63,851 nucleotides of DNA, filler included, from Bigelowiella natans CCMP2755 (GCA_000320545.1; 4 parts of 4 records of this genome joined end to end with filler, not necessarily neighbours in it), one strand, 5' to 3'; counted from the first letter of the whole stretch, positions 14,249 through 27,539 are shown. Numbers and translations are program-made. Notes: generated by a model not told the origin, from the letters alone.

Positions 14249-15434
14249 ATGACACGCCGCCTCCTGCCTTTGGTCCTTCTCGCCCTCGTCGCCGCGGCGC
14301 TCCTCGCCACCATGAATGCGGGGCCCACGCTTTCCTTCGTCGGGGGATCAATTGGAATTAGGAATAACAGCGTTGGAATGCGCGTCGGAGGCCCAGGGAT
14401 GGCAGCGATGAAGAGTTGCAGGCGAAATACGGTACCCCTCACTCGTAATATTGGTGTGGGGCCTCTCGACTGATGTGCTTCTCTCGCATTTTTCTTTTTG
14501 CAACCAAAAGCATGCAGGAGCAACGGTTGAAGGGCGTCCGATCTACAGCGCGATGCAGAATAAGGTCCTTGTAAACATCCTGAACATGCACTCAGCGCTT
14601 GCGTGTCACTACCACTACTAACAACCTCGGGGGGGTACCGACGCATGTCTTTTAAAAAATCAGCTCACTGAGAAGCTCGTCCCAAAGAAGCTCGTGATTA
14701 CCGACGACTCCAACAAGCACAGCGAGCACGAGGCGATGGTGGGGAAGGCTGCAGAAAGTACTACACCTAAATAGAACAGATAACATAGACTGCATATGGG
14801 CCAAATTTATCCTTCTTGGTCGCCAGGCACAAGAATCATACAAGAAATCGGATTTTAGTGTAGTCAGTTACTATCTTGATATCCCCCCCCCCCCCCCCTC
14901 TTGAAACAAAGGCGGTGAGACTCACTTCACTGTGGAGGTTGTCTCGGATGCCTTCGAAGGAGTTGGACTAGTGAAGCGGCACAGGTATTTATTGCGGGTG
15001 ACTGCAGCACTCGAAACCGCACGCAGCAACGGAAAATGCACAGCAGCTGCAGCAGCTATCCATGTAGAAATGGTCTGTATTCTCTTCTCTCTGCAATACT
15101 TCGATTGGTTGCGCATTTGGCATTCTTCTCGCAAGTCGCTAAGCGTACCCTCCCACTTTAGAATGATCTACGAAATCTTGAAGGAAGAATTAGATGCTGG
15201 GGTCCATGCGCTCAGGTAGGCTTGTATTAATCAGCTGTACCGCTCTTTAGAGTAACTGTGCGTGCATGTGTAATGGGGGTGGCGAGGGAGTAGGCGGTTT
15301 TTTGCGTGTTTTTCCACAATCCGCTGCCAACGTGAAGCTTTCCAATGCTATTTCCCATTGTTATCACCACATCTCTCAAACCACATCATGATTACAGCCT
15401 GAAGACTAAAACTCCGAAAGAGGCCGGATTATGA
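14249..15434 (+). CDS. BolA: BolA-family protein with bipartite plastid-targeting leader, 6 exons
   Basis: Spliced product: MTRRLLPLVLLALVAAALLAT (signal), S/G/R-rich transit region, then LTEKLVPKKLVITDDSNKHSEH...SGETHFTVEVVSDAFEGVGLVKRHRMIYEILKEELDAGVHALSLKTKTP. All introns GT-AG with consistent phases. Confidence 0.93.
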
Positions 15435-16098
15435 TGATTTAATTAATGCGGATGGTAGCTTCAGTCGGTAGATAATTTAGCACAGTTATCTACGAGGCAG
15501 CCTGCATTTAGTAGTAATGATCGCATCATATCAGAAAAAACTTAAACCTGTATTCTTACATTCTTCCACACAGCGTATATCCTAATAACTCCGATCCTTA
15601 TTTGTCGAGCTCCATGCATGTGTCGTGTGGACGCCTTACATGTGATGAGCATGGGCATGAGCACACAATGCGTAGTAGTAGCTACTTGCTATAATGCGTG
15701 TATGTGCAGCATGAATACTGAGCTGTGAACACAGCTTATGAGACAGAAGTCACGAGTAAAATTGAATAGTTTCAATGGCCATCCTAATGTAGCTATGCAA
15801 CGCCTTGGCTATAGTGCTTTGACGACCCGGCGTTTCGATTCAACACCGCCGCACGCGCTAGCCATCGCCCACGTACATCTAGACATGCTCGCATGCACAC
15901 ATCGACATCACAGAAAGTCCTTGTAAGTTGATTATCTATAACAAATGATAATAACGTCAACACGTGCAGAAAGTCCTTGTAAGTCTTATCATCTGTACAC
16001 AAACGATAAGGCTGCAAAGGCGTAGCTAACTGCGGCCACCAAATAAAGAAGGCGATTCTCCCTTCACCCTTCCTCTTCCCCCCCCCTACCCGCCCATA

Positions 16099-16820
16099 TC
16101 AGTAGCGGCAGAGAGGGTTTTTGTAAATGAGATCGAGGTCGACCTCATGGCCGAAGAGGTCTCTGATGTTCTTATAGCCGTACTTTATCATCGTCGGCCT
16201 CTCCAGAGATAGGCCCCACGCGATGACAGACACGTCCTCAGGTAGTCCCATTGGCGCGAGCATCTCAGGCCTGAACATCCCTGAGTTTCCGATTTCGATC
16301 CACTTCTTGAGCTCCTTGGAGAATCCGAAGATTTCCATCGAGGGCTCGGTGTACGGGTTATATCTAGAGGGGAGGGGGGGGCGATGCGGCGAGAAGACGA
16401 AATCAGTAAGGAGGCTGCCGGTGAGGATTGATAAATGATACGAATAATGATGATGATGCTAATGATGGTGACGATGTGGTGGTGGTGGTGGTGGTAGCGT
16501 TGACGAGAAGAAATCATTCATTTTCGTTGGTTTTAGATTCTGAGAGTTAGGAACAATTTTTATGGTGTGACAAGCGTAGGTTGTGCAATTGCTTACGCGG
16601 GCTTGAACTTGACGTCGTCGATGCCAATGCGCGTGAAGAACGACTTGATGGTTCCAATCAGATTGGATAGGGAAAGGCCCTTATCGGCGATAAGACCTTC
16701 TACTTGATGAAACTCTGCCAGGTGCGTGGTGTCTAAGTGCTCGTTTCTGAAGACACGATCTATGGAGAAATACTTGCGAGGCTTGAATTCTTTCTCCTGC
16801 GCTAGCCTGTGCAAAACACA

Positions 16821-16852
<32 letters not shown>

Positions 16853-16863
16853 TATTATAATAT

Positions 16864-16905
<42 letters not shown>

Positions 16906-17356
16906 TATGTTGTTGTGTACGGTTGTGTTGAATTCATCCATGTACTTTATTGCATACATGATATGTCGTTTGTCGTTTAATCATTCGTTGGGGGAATTGC
17001 GCACATATCCTCGCATCAATGCATGATAGCCAAAAACAATCACATCATCATCACCATCATCATCATCATCATCATTATCATCCATGAGCGCCATCAAGGT
17101 GTGGCCCCCATCTCTTCTTCTTCTACTTCTTCCCCTTCTTATCGTGGGGGAAAACCATGATCATCGTACTTGTAAAGCATCCTGCTGGATACTGCTGTCG
17201 TGTGTGTCCTGAGGATGTTCTTCTTCGATTCGTCAAGGGACCAGTCGTACCGATAGCTGGAGGAGGAGGAGGGGGAGGAGGAGAGGCGTTGATAAATATT
17301 TTCATGAATGTGATACTAAGAGGATTTTCCGCTCAAAAATGTGCTATTTTGCAACG

Positions 17357-17387
<31 letters not shown>

Positions 17388-17414
17388 CACACACAGAAAC
17401 ACAAACACACAAAC

Positions 17415-17464
<50 letters not shown>

Positions 17465-17693
17465 CCTATCGATCCATGACCGCCCTTCTCATGCATTGTC
17501 TTGACCCTCTCGACGTAGTCATCGATGAGCTATGGGGTTTATCAGCGGCGATTTAGATGACGAAGAAGAAGAAGAAGAACGCGAAAGAAAAAGAAGATAA
17601 ATACACAGTGCCACATCAAAATATCACGAGAAAACTGTGACAGAGCTATGTGCATTCTCTCTCTCTCTCTCTCCCTCTCTCTCCCCTTTTTTG

Positions 17694-17733
<40 letters not shown>

Positions 17734-17734
17734 T

Positions 17735-17773
<39 letters not shown>

Positions 17774-19453
17774 TTTCAGCAAGAACCTTAAGGCACTCTT
17801 TGGGCTGCTTGAGGAAGAATGTGTCGTGCGCGTCCCTCGCGGGGTGCTGCTGCGGCTGGAAGAGCGTATCGAAGTTCCAGAATGAGCTTTCGATGAAGTT
17901 GTTAGTCGGCATCTCCGAGAACCTGATTCATAGCATAGCAAGGAGTTCAGCAGGAGGGTGCAGCAAGGCGCTTGTTGCAAACAGCAGCATGCACAATGAT
18001 GATGCGTTTTGGCTTGATCGCTATCGGTTCTCCGTGGGATATGGTTGTAGATTCGGTGTGTTTTGTGCTGAGCCACGCGCCGACGGTGTGGTGTATCATT
18101 ATCGGAATGAATACCCCATCTCCAGCAGGATCTGTCGGAACTCCGTCCTGACTTTGAGCAATGGATGGAGAGCGCCCACGGATTGCATCTTGGGCTCGAT
18201 CGTCATCGAGTAGGACTTGAACTCGCAGTCTTTCCACTTGTCCCCCTGCAGCAGCTCCTGCGTTATGTCCGTTGCGACTTCCTAACCATGGCACGAGCAT
18301 CGGCAATGGACAACGAATTGAGGGCATCATGAGCAGATGAGACGACCCGAAAGGGGGGGGGAGGGGGGGGAGGGGGAGAAATGTGTTCTGGCAAGATGCA
18401 ATATCAGCGATCCATGCCTATCTATGCACGCACGACGACGACGCGTGGTCGAGGTTGAGAACGGAGCGAATAACAGCAAAGCCTAAAACACCAATAGCGC
18501 AACAACGAATACCTTGCGCTCAAGGGTGAAGCTAGGCCCCTTAGTGACTTTATACCAATTTATCTTCTGTGAGGTTATCATCTTGCGTTTCTTCAAGTCC
18601 TTGAGGGTCTTAGCATTGACCTCCTCCTCCTTCTTAACCTTCATCAGCTGTGCCTGCACCTCATCAGGGATCTGGAGAGAAGGAGAAGAAAAAGAAGAAG
18701 AAGAAGAAGAAAAAGAAGAAGAAAGGGGAGGGAGGCGTGGTGGGGTAGCCTGTCAGAGAAGATAGAGAGAATATTGCATTCTTGTGTATGATTTACTGGC
18801 TTGTTACCTCAGCAACATTGACTTTTCTCTCAATCAAACCTCCCTCGCCCTTGCCAATCCACTTGTTCTTCATTGCAACGCCAAGTCCAGGATTCGCTGC
18901 TTTCCCCAGTCCCTTCACATTTGCGAGGAGAGTTTTCTGTTTGCAGTGTTGATAAAACGGTGAGGAAGAGGAAGAAGAAGATGATGAAGATGATGATTAT
19001 CTCCTTGGATTCCCGCAATCGCAATGTGGGCCACCACTTCAGATCTACCTTGTCCATTGGGGTTTCGAGGATCTTGAGAATCTGAATCTCTGGAGCCCCT
19101 TCTTCGAGCCATCTGTCCCCATCCTTGGTTAAGACAGACACTTGTTTCGTGACCGACTTAGCCTCAACGATACGGCTGGCCTTCAAGGATTTGATCACCT
19201 GTTTATTCATGCAGCAAACGCGGCGGGCGATCAATTTCAAGAATGCGCCCTATTCGGAGGTGGTGTTTCATTAGAATCAATGTGGGTGGCCTCCATCATT
19301 CCCTACATCGATGAGGAGCTTTGGCTTGTTCGGGTGCGTTATGGACGTCAGCCCAGTTGCGAACTCAAGGCTGTTAGCAATGGATTCTTGCTTCGAGAGA
19401 CAGGTCAGAAGCGCCAACTCGAGCTCTTTTTTCACTTGATCTGCCCCACTCAT
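16099..19453 (-). CDS. FARSA: Phenylalanine--tRNA ligase alpha subunit, cytosolic (multi-exon)
   Basis: [27 protein letters not shown] (motif 2), [27 protein letters not shown] (motif 3), LRTHTTAVS. Eukaryote-type N-terminus [16 protein letters not shown]. Confidence 0.97.
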
Positions 19454-20062
19454 TTTTGGTGGCAGCCCGAATGTTATTCTTTTCTGAACTAGGCCTATAA
19501 AAAGAAGCAAGACGAAGTAAGGGGGGGTTTATTGCCAACATTTCAGAGGGAAAACGCCGACTATGACGGAAAACAGCGGCGCCAGTCGGTCGAATTCGCA
19601 CGAATCGATAATATACTTCTTCGCAGATTAATAGCAGAACTCTTGGGGCTTCATAGACACTACCACACAACTATAGGTTATTCTCTCTGCGCAGGGTCGC
19701 GGTGGGACCCGGACACCTGGATCACGTGAATTTACTACCTGCGAATAAATTTCACCTAAGGGAAATATTGATTGTCGTCAACAAAAAACAGGATCCTTTT
19801 CGGGAACTAATAAACGAGTTAATTTTGGAAACAACGCTATGGACGTTGTCGCACACCTTGTTTGATCCACTTTTCAACCTCTACGTCAGGGCTCTCCGGA
19901 AGGATTTTCTCGAAAATTCCGCGCATCGCTGACAGTTTCAAACCAAAAATTCCCTCGATTTTGATTTAATTTTGAACTTTTAAGATTGACGCAACTAAAA
20001 AATGCCAATGCTATATTCGCCGTTCCGAATTTCCAACTTCGCGACCTTTCATTCGGAAAACA

Positions 20063-21781
20063 ATGGCGGCTGCAACGGCCTCCTCCGTCAAAATGTGCGC
20101 AACACACAACCCTTTCAACCGATTTTGTTTCCATTTCGCCGAGTCTGTCCTCCTCAGCCCGCCGTGCTGTCGTCCATACTGAAGTTCTTTTTTCGTTTTG
20201 GCCAGCCTGGTCTGCGGTGACTTGTACGGCTCCCTCGATAAAGCATTCAAGCGGGCAGCGAAGATCAATAAGGTTGCGTTACGTGGCACGGGATTCGAAG
20301 CTGTAGACTTTTATTAACGCGATTTTCCCCCAAAATATCCTCGCTATCTCAGGCGCATGGACCGTTTGAGGCGCTTTTGTGCGTGGGGACAACTCTATCG
20401 AACCCCGAGACGGGCGCATCAGGTGCAACACGCAAACGCTTTCGAGAAAGAAGATCCAACGCCCTTTCTATTTCCGTTGGTTTCACCGGGGATTTTGATA
20501 CTTCTAGATTTGCAGAACTACATTGATGGGAAGAAAAAGGCGCCGCTGCCGACATATTTCATCGCAGGGAATGAGCACAAAAGGCAAGTTGTTTAGCTGC
20601 AAGCAACACCTCCTCCCCCACACACGCAGAAGACGTACTTTGCCCTCCCTAAACCTGACCATGGATACTACTACTCTCAGCGTCAGTGGATCCCTGGATA
20701 AGTTGCCCACGGGCGGAGAAATAGCCCCAAATCTACAGTAATCACATCAAATAGAGAGAAGCTTAGATCAATGATCTCAAGTCACAATCGATCGAAACCT
20801 CACGCTGTGCCCAATGGACCCTCCCCCCTCCCCACCCCCCCCTCTAGCTACCTGGGAAGATCTGGAATAAAGGAGGTGTCGGGCTTATCGATCGGGTAAT
20901 ACTGTACAATCGAGTTTTGAAAGTGGTTTGGTGACAATGCAGCAACTACTACGTGCGTGACAACACCGTTCATGAGTAGCATTGCCGAAGACGGCGGAAA
21001 ACGGCGAGCTTCCTCGCCACACACAGAAAGCATCACCGCCACTAATAATACCAATTGTTGTTTCTAGGTATCTCTCCGGCATTCACTCGGAGATGTAAGG
21101 ACAACAACACAACAACAACAACAACAACAACATCAACAAAATTGGACTAACATACCAACGAGTTGCGAGGATCTAGTGCGAAACAGTCATCCTATCCTAT
21201 AATAGATGTATAATTAGGAACGACACTGAGAGCCCCCCCCCTCCCTCCCTCCCCCCCTTCCCATAGGTACTATCGCAATCGCACACCTCCTTCGGTTCGT
21301 GAAGCTGCTTATCAAGCGCACTTCGAAGAGGTTAGAACGCTGCCGCTGTAGCTTTCGGCAAGTAGTGCTGTTTACGTGTGCATTCACGGGAATGATGGTG
21401 ACGGTACTTGAGGCGAATTCACGTCCCTTGTCCTTTTCTTCGTATTAAATCACGATGGTGTTCTAAGTATGTTAATGATGCTTTTCCGCTCGCGTCACTT
21501 GTTGTCTTTTCCCCCTTCGGTGGCATGTATGGTGATCATCAATAAGTGTAATCGCTGTGTTGTATCTGAGTATGAACCTCCTCCTCCCCTCCCCCCACCC
21601 CCTTTTTTGCTGCTGTTATGGCTTCTGTTGTCGTGCTGGCATGTTGTAGGGCGATGTCGAACATCTTGTGAAGGAGGCGGCGGTGATTGAATAAATAATG
21701 ATGAGATTATAAATTGAGATATGTGTGTATATAATTATATAATTGCATAATAAGCACGTGCGTATGTTTTGAATGCTATGT

Positions 21782-21820
<39 letters not shown>

Positions 21821-22001
21821 TGTGTGTTGGACGCGCACTCTTTTGTGCTCGATCGCTTACTCACACGCCGTCGCCCACAGCAGGGGGGGGTTGACATTCT
21901 GCTCACGTGTGAATGGGGACGCGGTTACTACAAGCTCTACAACGTAGTACCAACAACAATATAACACCAGGACACAGCAATTTTCGACAACAATAGATAT
22001 G

Positions 22002-22035
<34 letters not shown>

Positions 22036-22069
22036 ATATGTATTTGAGTAAATATGTTAAGTAATGTTG

Positions 22070-22106
<37 letters not shown>

Positions 22107-23051
22107 AATTATAATATACTGTGGTGAGGCAGGGGGTGGGGGGGGGGATGGGGTTAACGCAGGGAACCCAGCTACATAAGGTACTAAATCTTACATATTA
22201 TTGTGCTCAGCCTACCCAACTGCCTCCGGTGAAGTCCCAACCTCCAACAAAAGCCGGTATCGTCGATCTCTTTACATGATTCTCCTACACCTCGTTCTTC
22301 CCCTCAGTGCTGCTGTGTTATGTTGTGCTGTTGTTTTTGTGGTTGTTTTGATGTCGTGGAAATGGATGGCCGCTGCTAGGATCTCCGGTCGTTTCAGAGC
22401 TTGCCATCGCGACGGCGCCAAGGTTTTCGAAGATTTATTTGGCGAGTTTTCCTTAGTGCAACGCCGCTTGATTTCTTTTCTGTATGAAGAGGATGGGAGT
22501 CCCATCTACGCACACACACACATGTCCGCTACTGTTGTCGCAATGGCGGTTGCATGCTACGACAGTCGTCATCGGCATGCCTTTTATTTATACTACCTTA
22601 CATGCTTGGCGTTGATGATATTCACGTGTGCTGATGATGGCGGTTGTTGTTGTTGTTGCTGCTGCTGCAATACGAACAAAGGTACCATTTTGCTGCTACC
22701 GAGCACTGCTTTCACAAACTGAGGTAGTAGTAATAGCAGTAGTAGTAGTAGTAGTAGTTGTTGTTGTTGTTGTATTAATGGAAGAAGAAGAAGAAGAAGA
22801 AGAAGAAGAAGAAGAAAGAAAGAAAAGCAGGAGAAGGAGTAGTAGTCGAACAAATATTGAAGGGTTAAGTTGGGTCATGGCTTTGATGTTGTTGTTGTTG
22901 ATGATGATGATGATGACGATGGCGTTGATGATGGTGATGGTGCTTGCACGAACAGGCCGTATCGAAACGCCGACGTGGCTCATGTTACGAGATTCATCGG
23001 AATGGGTACTGCTGTGATGTCAATACCAACGTGCGAAATACTCTGAGATAT

Positions 23052-23105
<54 letters not shown>

Positions 23106-24068
23106 TGCACACATGCACACACACTTAAATATCATATAGATATGTGTATATATACATATATCCCATCCGCTAATATTGCAGTTATATTCGTGTATGGGTA
23201 TGTTTTAAGGGCGTGTGTTTGTGTGTGTTTGTGTGTGTTTGTGCGTGGGGACGTCTCAGGAAACGTTGGAAATCCTGACAAGAAGCAGAAGTATATATAC
23301 GCTCTCAACGCAAAGCCCCTCGCAAAGATGACCACGTAAGCTCGTCGTATCTTCATCATGTATCTTCGCGATTATTTATCGTCGCCACAGCCGCGTTTAT
23401 CACCAGCGGCACACACACATAGACACTGCTATCACGATGCCCCCGCAGCGCCGCATCTTCATTACTTCGAGACGATGATGATAGCGATGGTGCACCATCG
23501 CGATCGTGTGCTTTGCTGCCGCTGCTGCTGCTGCTTGTTCAGCGAGGAGAAAGGAAGTATGCCGGAGGACAGCACTCTGTGCCCATACGACTATCAGCCC
23601 GTCAAGAGACCGTCCGGTGCGCTCTATTCTCTGTTCCTGAAATCTTGGAGAGGGGGGAAGCGAGTGTGAGGACGACGTCTTGTTGGGAGTGACGATGACG
23701 ATGATGATGATGATGATGATGATGACGATTACCCTCTTCTTTTCTTTACAAGTTTGATTTTTCTCCTCTCATACCGTTATCCCCCCCCCCCCCACACCCC
23801 CCCCCTCTCTCTCTCAGCACCATCTACGGAAGAGGCTCCACTGAAGAAAATAAAAGTAGTACTAGTTGTTGTTGTTGTTGTTGTTGTTGTTGTTATTGTT
23901 GCTATAGCGCACGCTATTCCAACCAAGGGAGGGGGGGGAGGGACAACGAAAACGGAGAGAGAAAGAAAAAGAAGAGGGAGAGGGAGAGGCAGAATGGGAG
24001 GCAGCGTCAGCTCTGTGATGTAAAATGGTGATCATAATAATTGGTATTCGCGCTATTAATAGCGTTAC

Positions 24069-24101
<33 letters not shown>

Positions 24102-24309
24102 TATCACAGCTGGAGAGGGTCGATTTAACATCGTTAGACAAGCAGCGTTTCTCTGGAGACTATGGTGGTGCTGCACAAGCATGGGTTCTTCCCCCCCCTT
24201 CTCCCCCCATCCTTGTTATGGCGAGTTACTGCTCCACTCCATTGTATGTGTGTAGACCTAATTAGCTCTATCAGCCACGAACATAATAAGGGAGAACCTA
24301 CCTATTGTT
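20063..24309 (+). CDS. CWF19L1: CWF19-like protein 1 (metallophosphoesterase-like splicing/debranching cofactor), truncated by gap
   Basis: Spliced: KILVCGDLYGSLDKAFKRAAKINKAHGPFEALLCVG, YIDGKKKAPLPTYFI, YLGRSGI...YLSG, GVDILLTCEWG, PYRN...HVTRFIGMGNVGNPDKKQKYIYAL. Confidence 0.9.
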
Positions 24310-24409
24310 NNNNNNNNNNNNNNNNNNNNNNNNNNNNNNNNNNNNNNNNNNNNTTAATTAATTAANNNNNNNNNNNNNNNNNNNNNNNNNNNNNNNNNNN
24401 NNNNNNNNN
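24310..24409. other. Assembly spacer (N44-TTAATTAATTAA-N44)
   Basis: N run around a six-frame stop linker, identical to two other joins. Confidence 0.98.
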
Positions 24410-24583
24410 GGGGGGGGCGAAGGGGGAGACGAGTTCGTAGTAGTAGTAGTTGTAGTAATAGTAGCCTCATATGCTAAACTGTGTGGAGGATCGTGCTCTC
24501 CCCTCCCCCCCGCCCCCGCCCCTTCCCCCTTTCTCCTTGCGGGCTGAATGAAAACTCTGACAATCCGTTGATTGCCATCTCAG

Positions 24584-24938
24584 GTTTCCTGCCCAGGAGT
24601 TTGCCCCTCAGCTCGTATCTGCCGTCGTCGCAGCGATTGAGAAGGCCCGGGAGGAGGAGGAGGAGGAGAAGACCGATGCGAGCTTTCTCGGGGGAGGGGG
24701 TGGCGTCGCGGAGGATGACGACAACGGGAGGAAAAGTGGGGTGGGGCCAGAAGAGCGGAAACGCGCGAATTTGTTTTTGGAGAGAAACGACCCCGGCAAG
24801 ATTTGTGCAGCGAGGTTGCAGGGGCTACTGATGAAGGCCATTAATAGGGCTAAGAAGCTCCATGGGCCGCGCTTCGAGCCTTGGTTGCAGGCGCATCTTC
24901 CGGCGAGCGTGTTAGAGAAGCTGAAGGGATATAGATAA
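24584..24938 (+). CDS. Terminal exon of an importin-beta family protein (importin-11-like C-terminus)
   Basis: Acidic stretch, then EERKRANLFLERNDP...LQGLLMKAINRAKKLHGPRFEPWLQAHLPASVLEKLKGYR*, matching the recalled pattern of the IPO11 C-terminus. Upstream exons are lost in the gap. Confidence 0.45.
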
Positions 24939-24993
24939 TGTGCAATCACAGACGTGTTTAGATGCACACACATCACACACACAAAAAAGTATT

Positions 24994-25031
<38 letters not shown>

Positions 25032-25210
25032 ACATATGTGCGTGCATGCTTGTGACCAAGCATGTTAACTAAGATTCATGTGCGAATGAAACGATGTCAA
25101 TTGTGGTGCACCGTACAGCGTGCACACCACAATGTAGGCTGGCACAGCGTTTCATCCATGTTTGGTATGTGATGTTTAAGTGATGACAATGAAATCATCA
25201 TGACCGCTAA

Positions 25211-26093
25211 TGGCGGCATCTGCGACGATGTCTAGATGTGGGCAAAGCCCACCGGCTCGCAAAGCGATGCTCCTGCATTGCCAGAATGTGACAACTGCAG
25301 CGTGGCATTGCACTGCACGTGCATGTTGCATCACATTGTCACATTTGCACTTTGCAAGGAATGAGGGATGCACACATGCATGCACGTGCTAGCGTGTGTG
25401 ATGATGTCTAGATGTGCACGCATGTGTGTGTCACGTGTGTGCAAAAGTTTTGTTTTTTCACTGCTCTTTCATTGTTTGCCCTGGCTAGCTGGCCATCATG
25501 CTGGCCAGGCTAGCAGGTGACTGAGTTTGAACCTTCACGTGTCTAGACATTGAAAGCGACTGCGACTGCCATGTGGCGAACAAGCAGACCGTGCTGACAC
25601 GAAGCAATGTGCGGTGCTGCGGAGCTGACTGGTGAACGAATGGACCGTGCTCATGCGTGTGCGAAGCAACGCTGGAATGTGTGGTGCTGACAGTGCTGAC
25701 TGCCACGTGGCGAACAACCAGACAAGTCCAGAAGTGGACCGTGCCAGCATGCCAACACGTGCTGACATGCGACTGCCATGTGCTGACGTGCAATTGCTGA
25801 CATGCTGAACTAGCTGAAGCTGTGCCGTGCGCAGCAGCCCTGCACACCATGCCCCACGTTTCATTTCCCATTTGCAATCAGCAGCAACAACTGCGAAAAT
25901 GCGCAACGTGAAAATTTGCCCACTCTGGCACTGACGACCTGCTGCTGAACTGAATTGCTAGAATGATGACATGGCAAAAAACACACAGGCACATCACGTG
26001 TGCATTGTGAAAACAATCTTTGTCAAAAATGACACGAGAGTTCTCGAGACTCTCCAGAGAGACTCGAGCGCCCTCCAGAGAGAAAATCCATGA
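25211..26093. repeat. TpA-depleted decayed repeat/TE-like domain with internal short repeats
   Basis: All 8 TA dinucleotides seen are in CTAG. Repeated motifs GACTGCCAYGTGGCGAACAA, GACCGTGC and GTGCTGAC. Confidence 0.6.
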
Positions 26094-26379
26094 ATATGGA
26101 CATGTCCATGAAGGGACAACCGCTCCACAAACTCAAAAACCATGTGCGTTACCACTTTCAATAATAATGAATAAATCCAGGAAATGCATGTCATTTCCAT
26201 GGATTTCCATGGATTTTTACTTATTTTATTAAATTTTCGCACCGTCAAACCGTCTTGTCCGTTGGCAAGACATTTCGACATAGATCTAATCCAAGTAATC
26301 TACGGACAAAGGATTGACTCGGTAAATGCTCGTACACCTTTCGCACAAATAAACAACTGCAGCCGGTAACATTCATGCA

Positions 26380-27248
26380 GGGAAAGCCGTGAAGGGAAGG
26401 ATAGGAACTGTGGAAGTAGTATTCGTCGTGAAAAGAACCATCGTACATTTGCTCTATCTAGTTCTAACAACTTATATTTTTACAAGGACAGAAAGGATGA
26501 CTCAAAACTCTGCTTGTATTGTTGAAGTGGCGGCTAATGACGCTGAGATGGAGTATGGTCCGAAACTCAACGGAGGATTCCTAACTCCAGAAAAAGCAAG
26601 TAGAACCAACAGAATAAAATTGCGCGCGAGATTTTGTCCATCGCCATGAGTAAACACTGATTAATGAGGAGTATCAATTCTTAGATATGGTGTTTCGAAA
26701 AATCAGGAGACGACGACTGTTGGATGCAGTACGGCTTTTGCATTTGCTGCGGTCCCATTTGCTTCCCCCTTTCCCTCGTGGTAACTCTTCTAGTAACACA
26801 TTGATTCCGGATTGCATAGTGTTGAACGACTCAGTGCTCAAAACTAATGTTATGTGCAGAATTCCGCTGTGGGTTGGCTATGTTTCCCAATCGGAATCTT
26901 CGTGCATGACGAGCACGACGAGCAATCAATGAGGAGTCGCGTAAGAATAACATTTAGCCTCTTCTACATTACAATTGCATCTGACAAAGCATTTTATACT
27001 TCACAGGTGGCCAACTATGTTTGTTGCTATCAAAGCCGATGGTCTTTCTGCGCGATGTTCTATGTAAGAATCGCTTTTGCTGCCTCCTTTGCTTACACAG
27101 TCACTAACCTGAACTTTGTGTCATACACACACAGCTTTGCTGCCCATGCTTTAACTTGAAAATTCAAGATTTTTATCGTAAATTCCCGAGCGAAGAAGAA
27201 TCGAGTGTGGCGAAATTCCTAGCAGGTATTGCCCGTCACGGAAGTTAA
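26380..27248 (+). CDS. Small Cys-rich hypothetical protein with several short introns (start uncertain)
   Basis: GT-AG bounded exons, e.g. WCFEKSGDDDCWMQYGFCICCGPICFPLFP, NSAVGWLCFPIGIFVHDEHDEQSMRSR, VANYVCCYQSRWSFCAMFY, LCCPCFNLKIQDFYRKFP...HGS*. Confidence 0.55.
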
Positions 27249-27539
27249 GGCTACACGCGAGTACCATTGACATGCGTGATATGCAGCAGTGATAGTAAAA
27301 TTACAATACGTAATATTGGGAGTAGGGACAGTCGGCTGTCCCTACTCGGCTGCTGAGGTAGATAGATAGATTAGTCGCGCATGCTTAGCTTATAGATGAC
27401 GACGAGGGCTTTAGAATGTCGCTCAATAGAATATAGTCGGATTTAATTTGTTAAGGTTTAGATAAGTTTTAGAACACATGTTAATGTCGCACTAGCATAA
27501 GTACTTGTGTTCTATAATGAATTAAGTATCCGTCACGTT

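Noticed and set aside
24354-24365. TTAATTAATTAA palindrome within N runs (also at 52711 and 62407)
   Set aside because: Artificial six-frame stop linker. Adjacency across these joins is not trusted.
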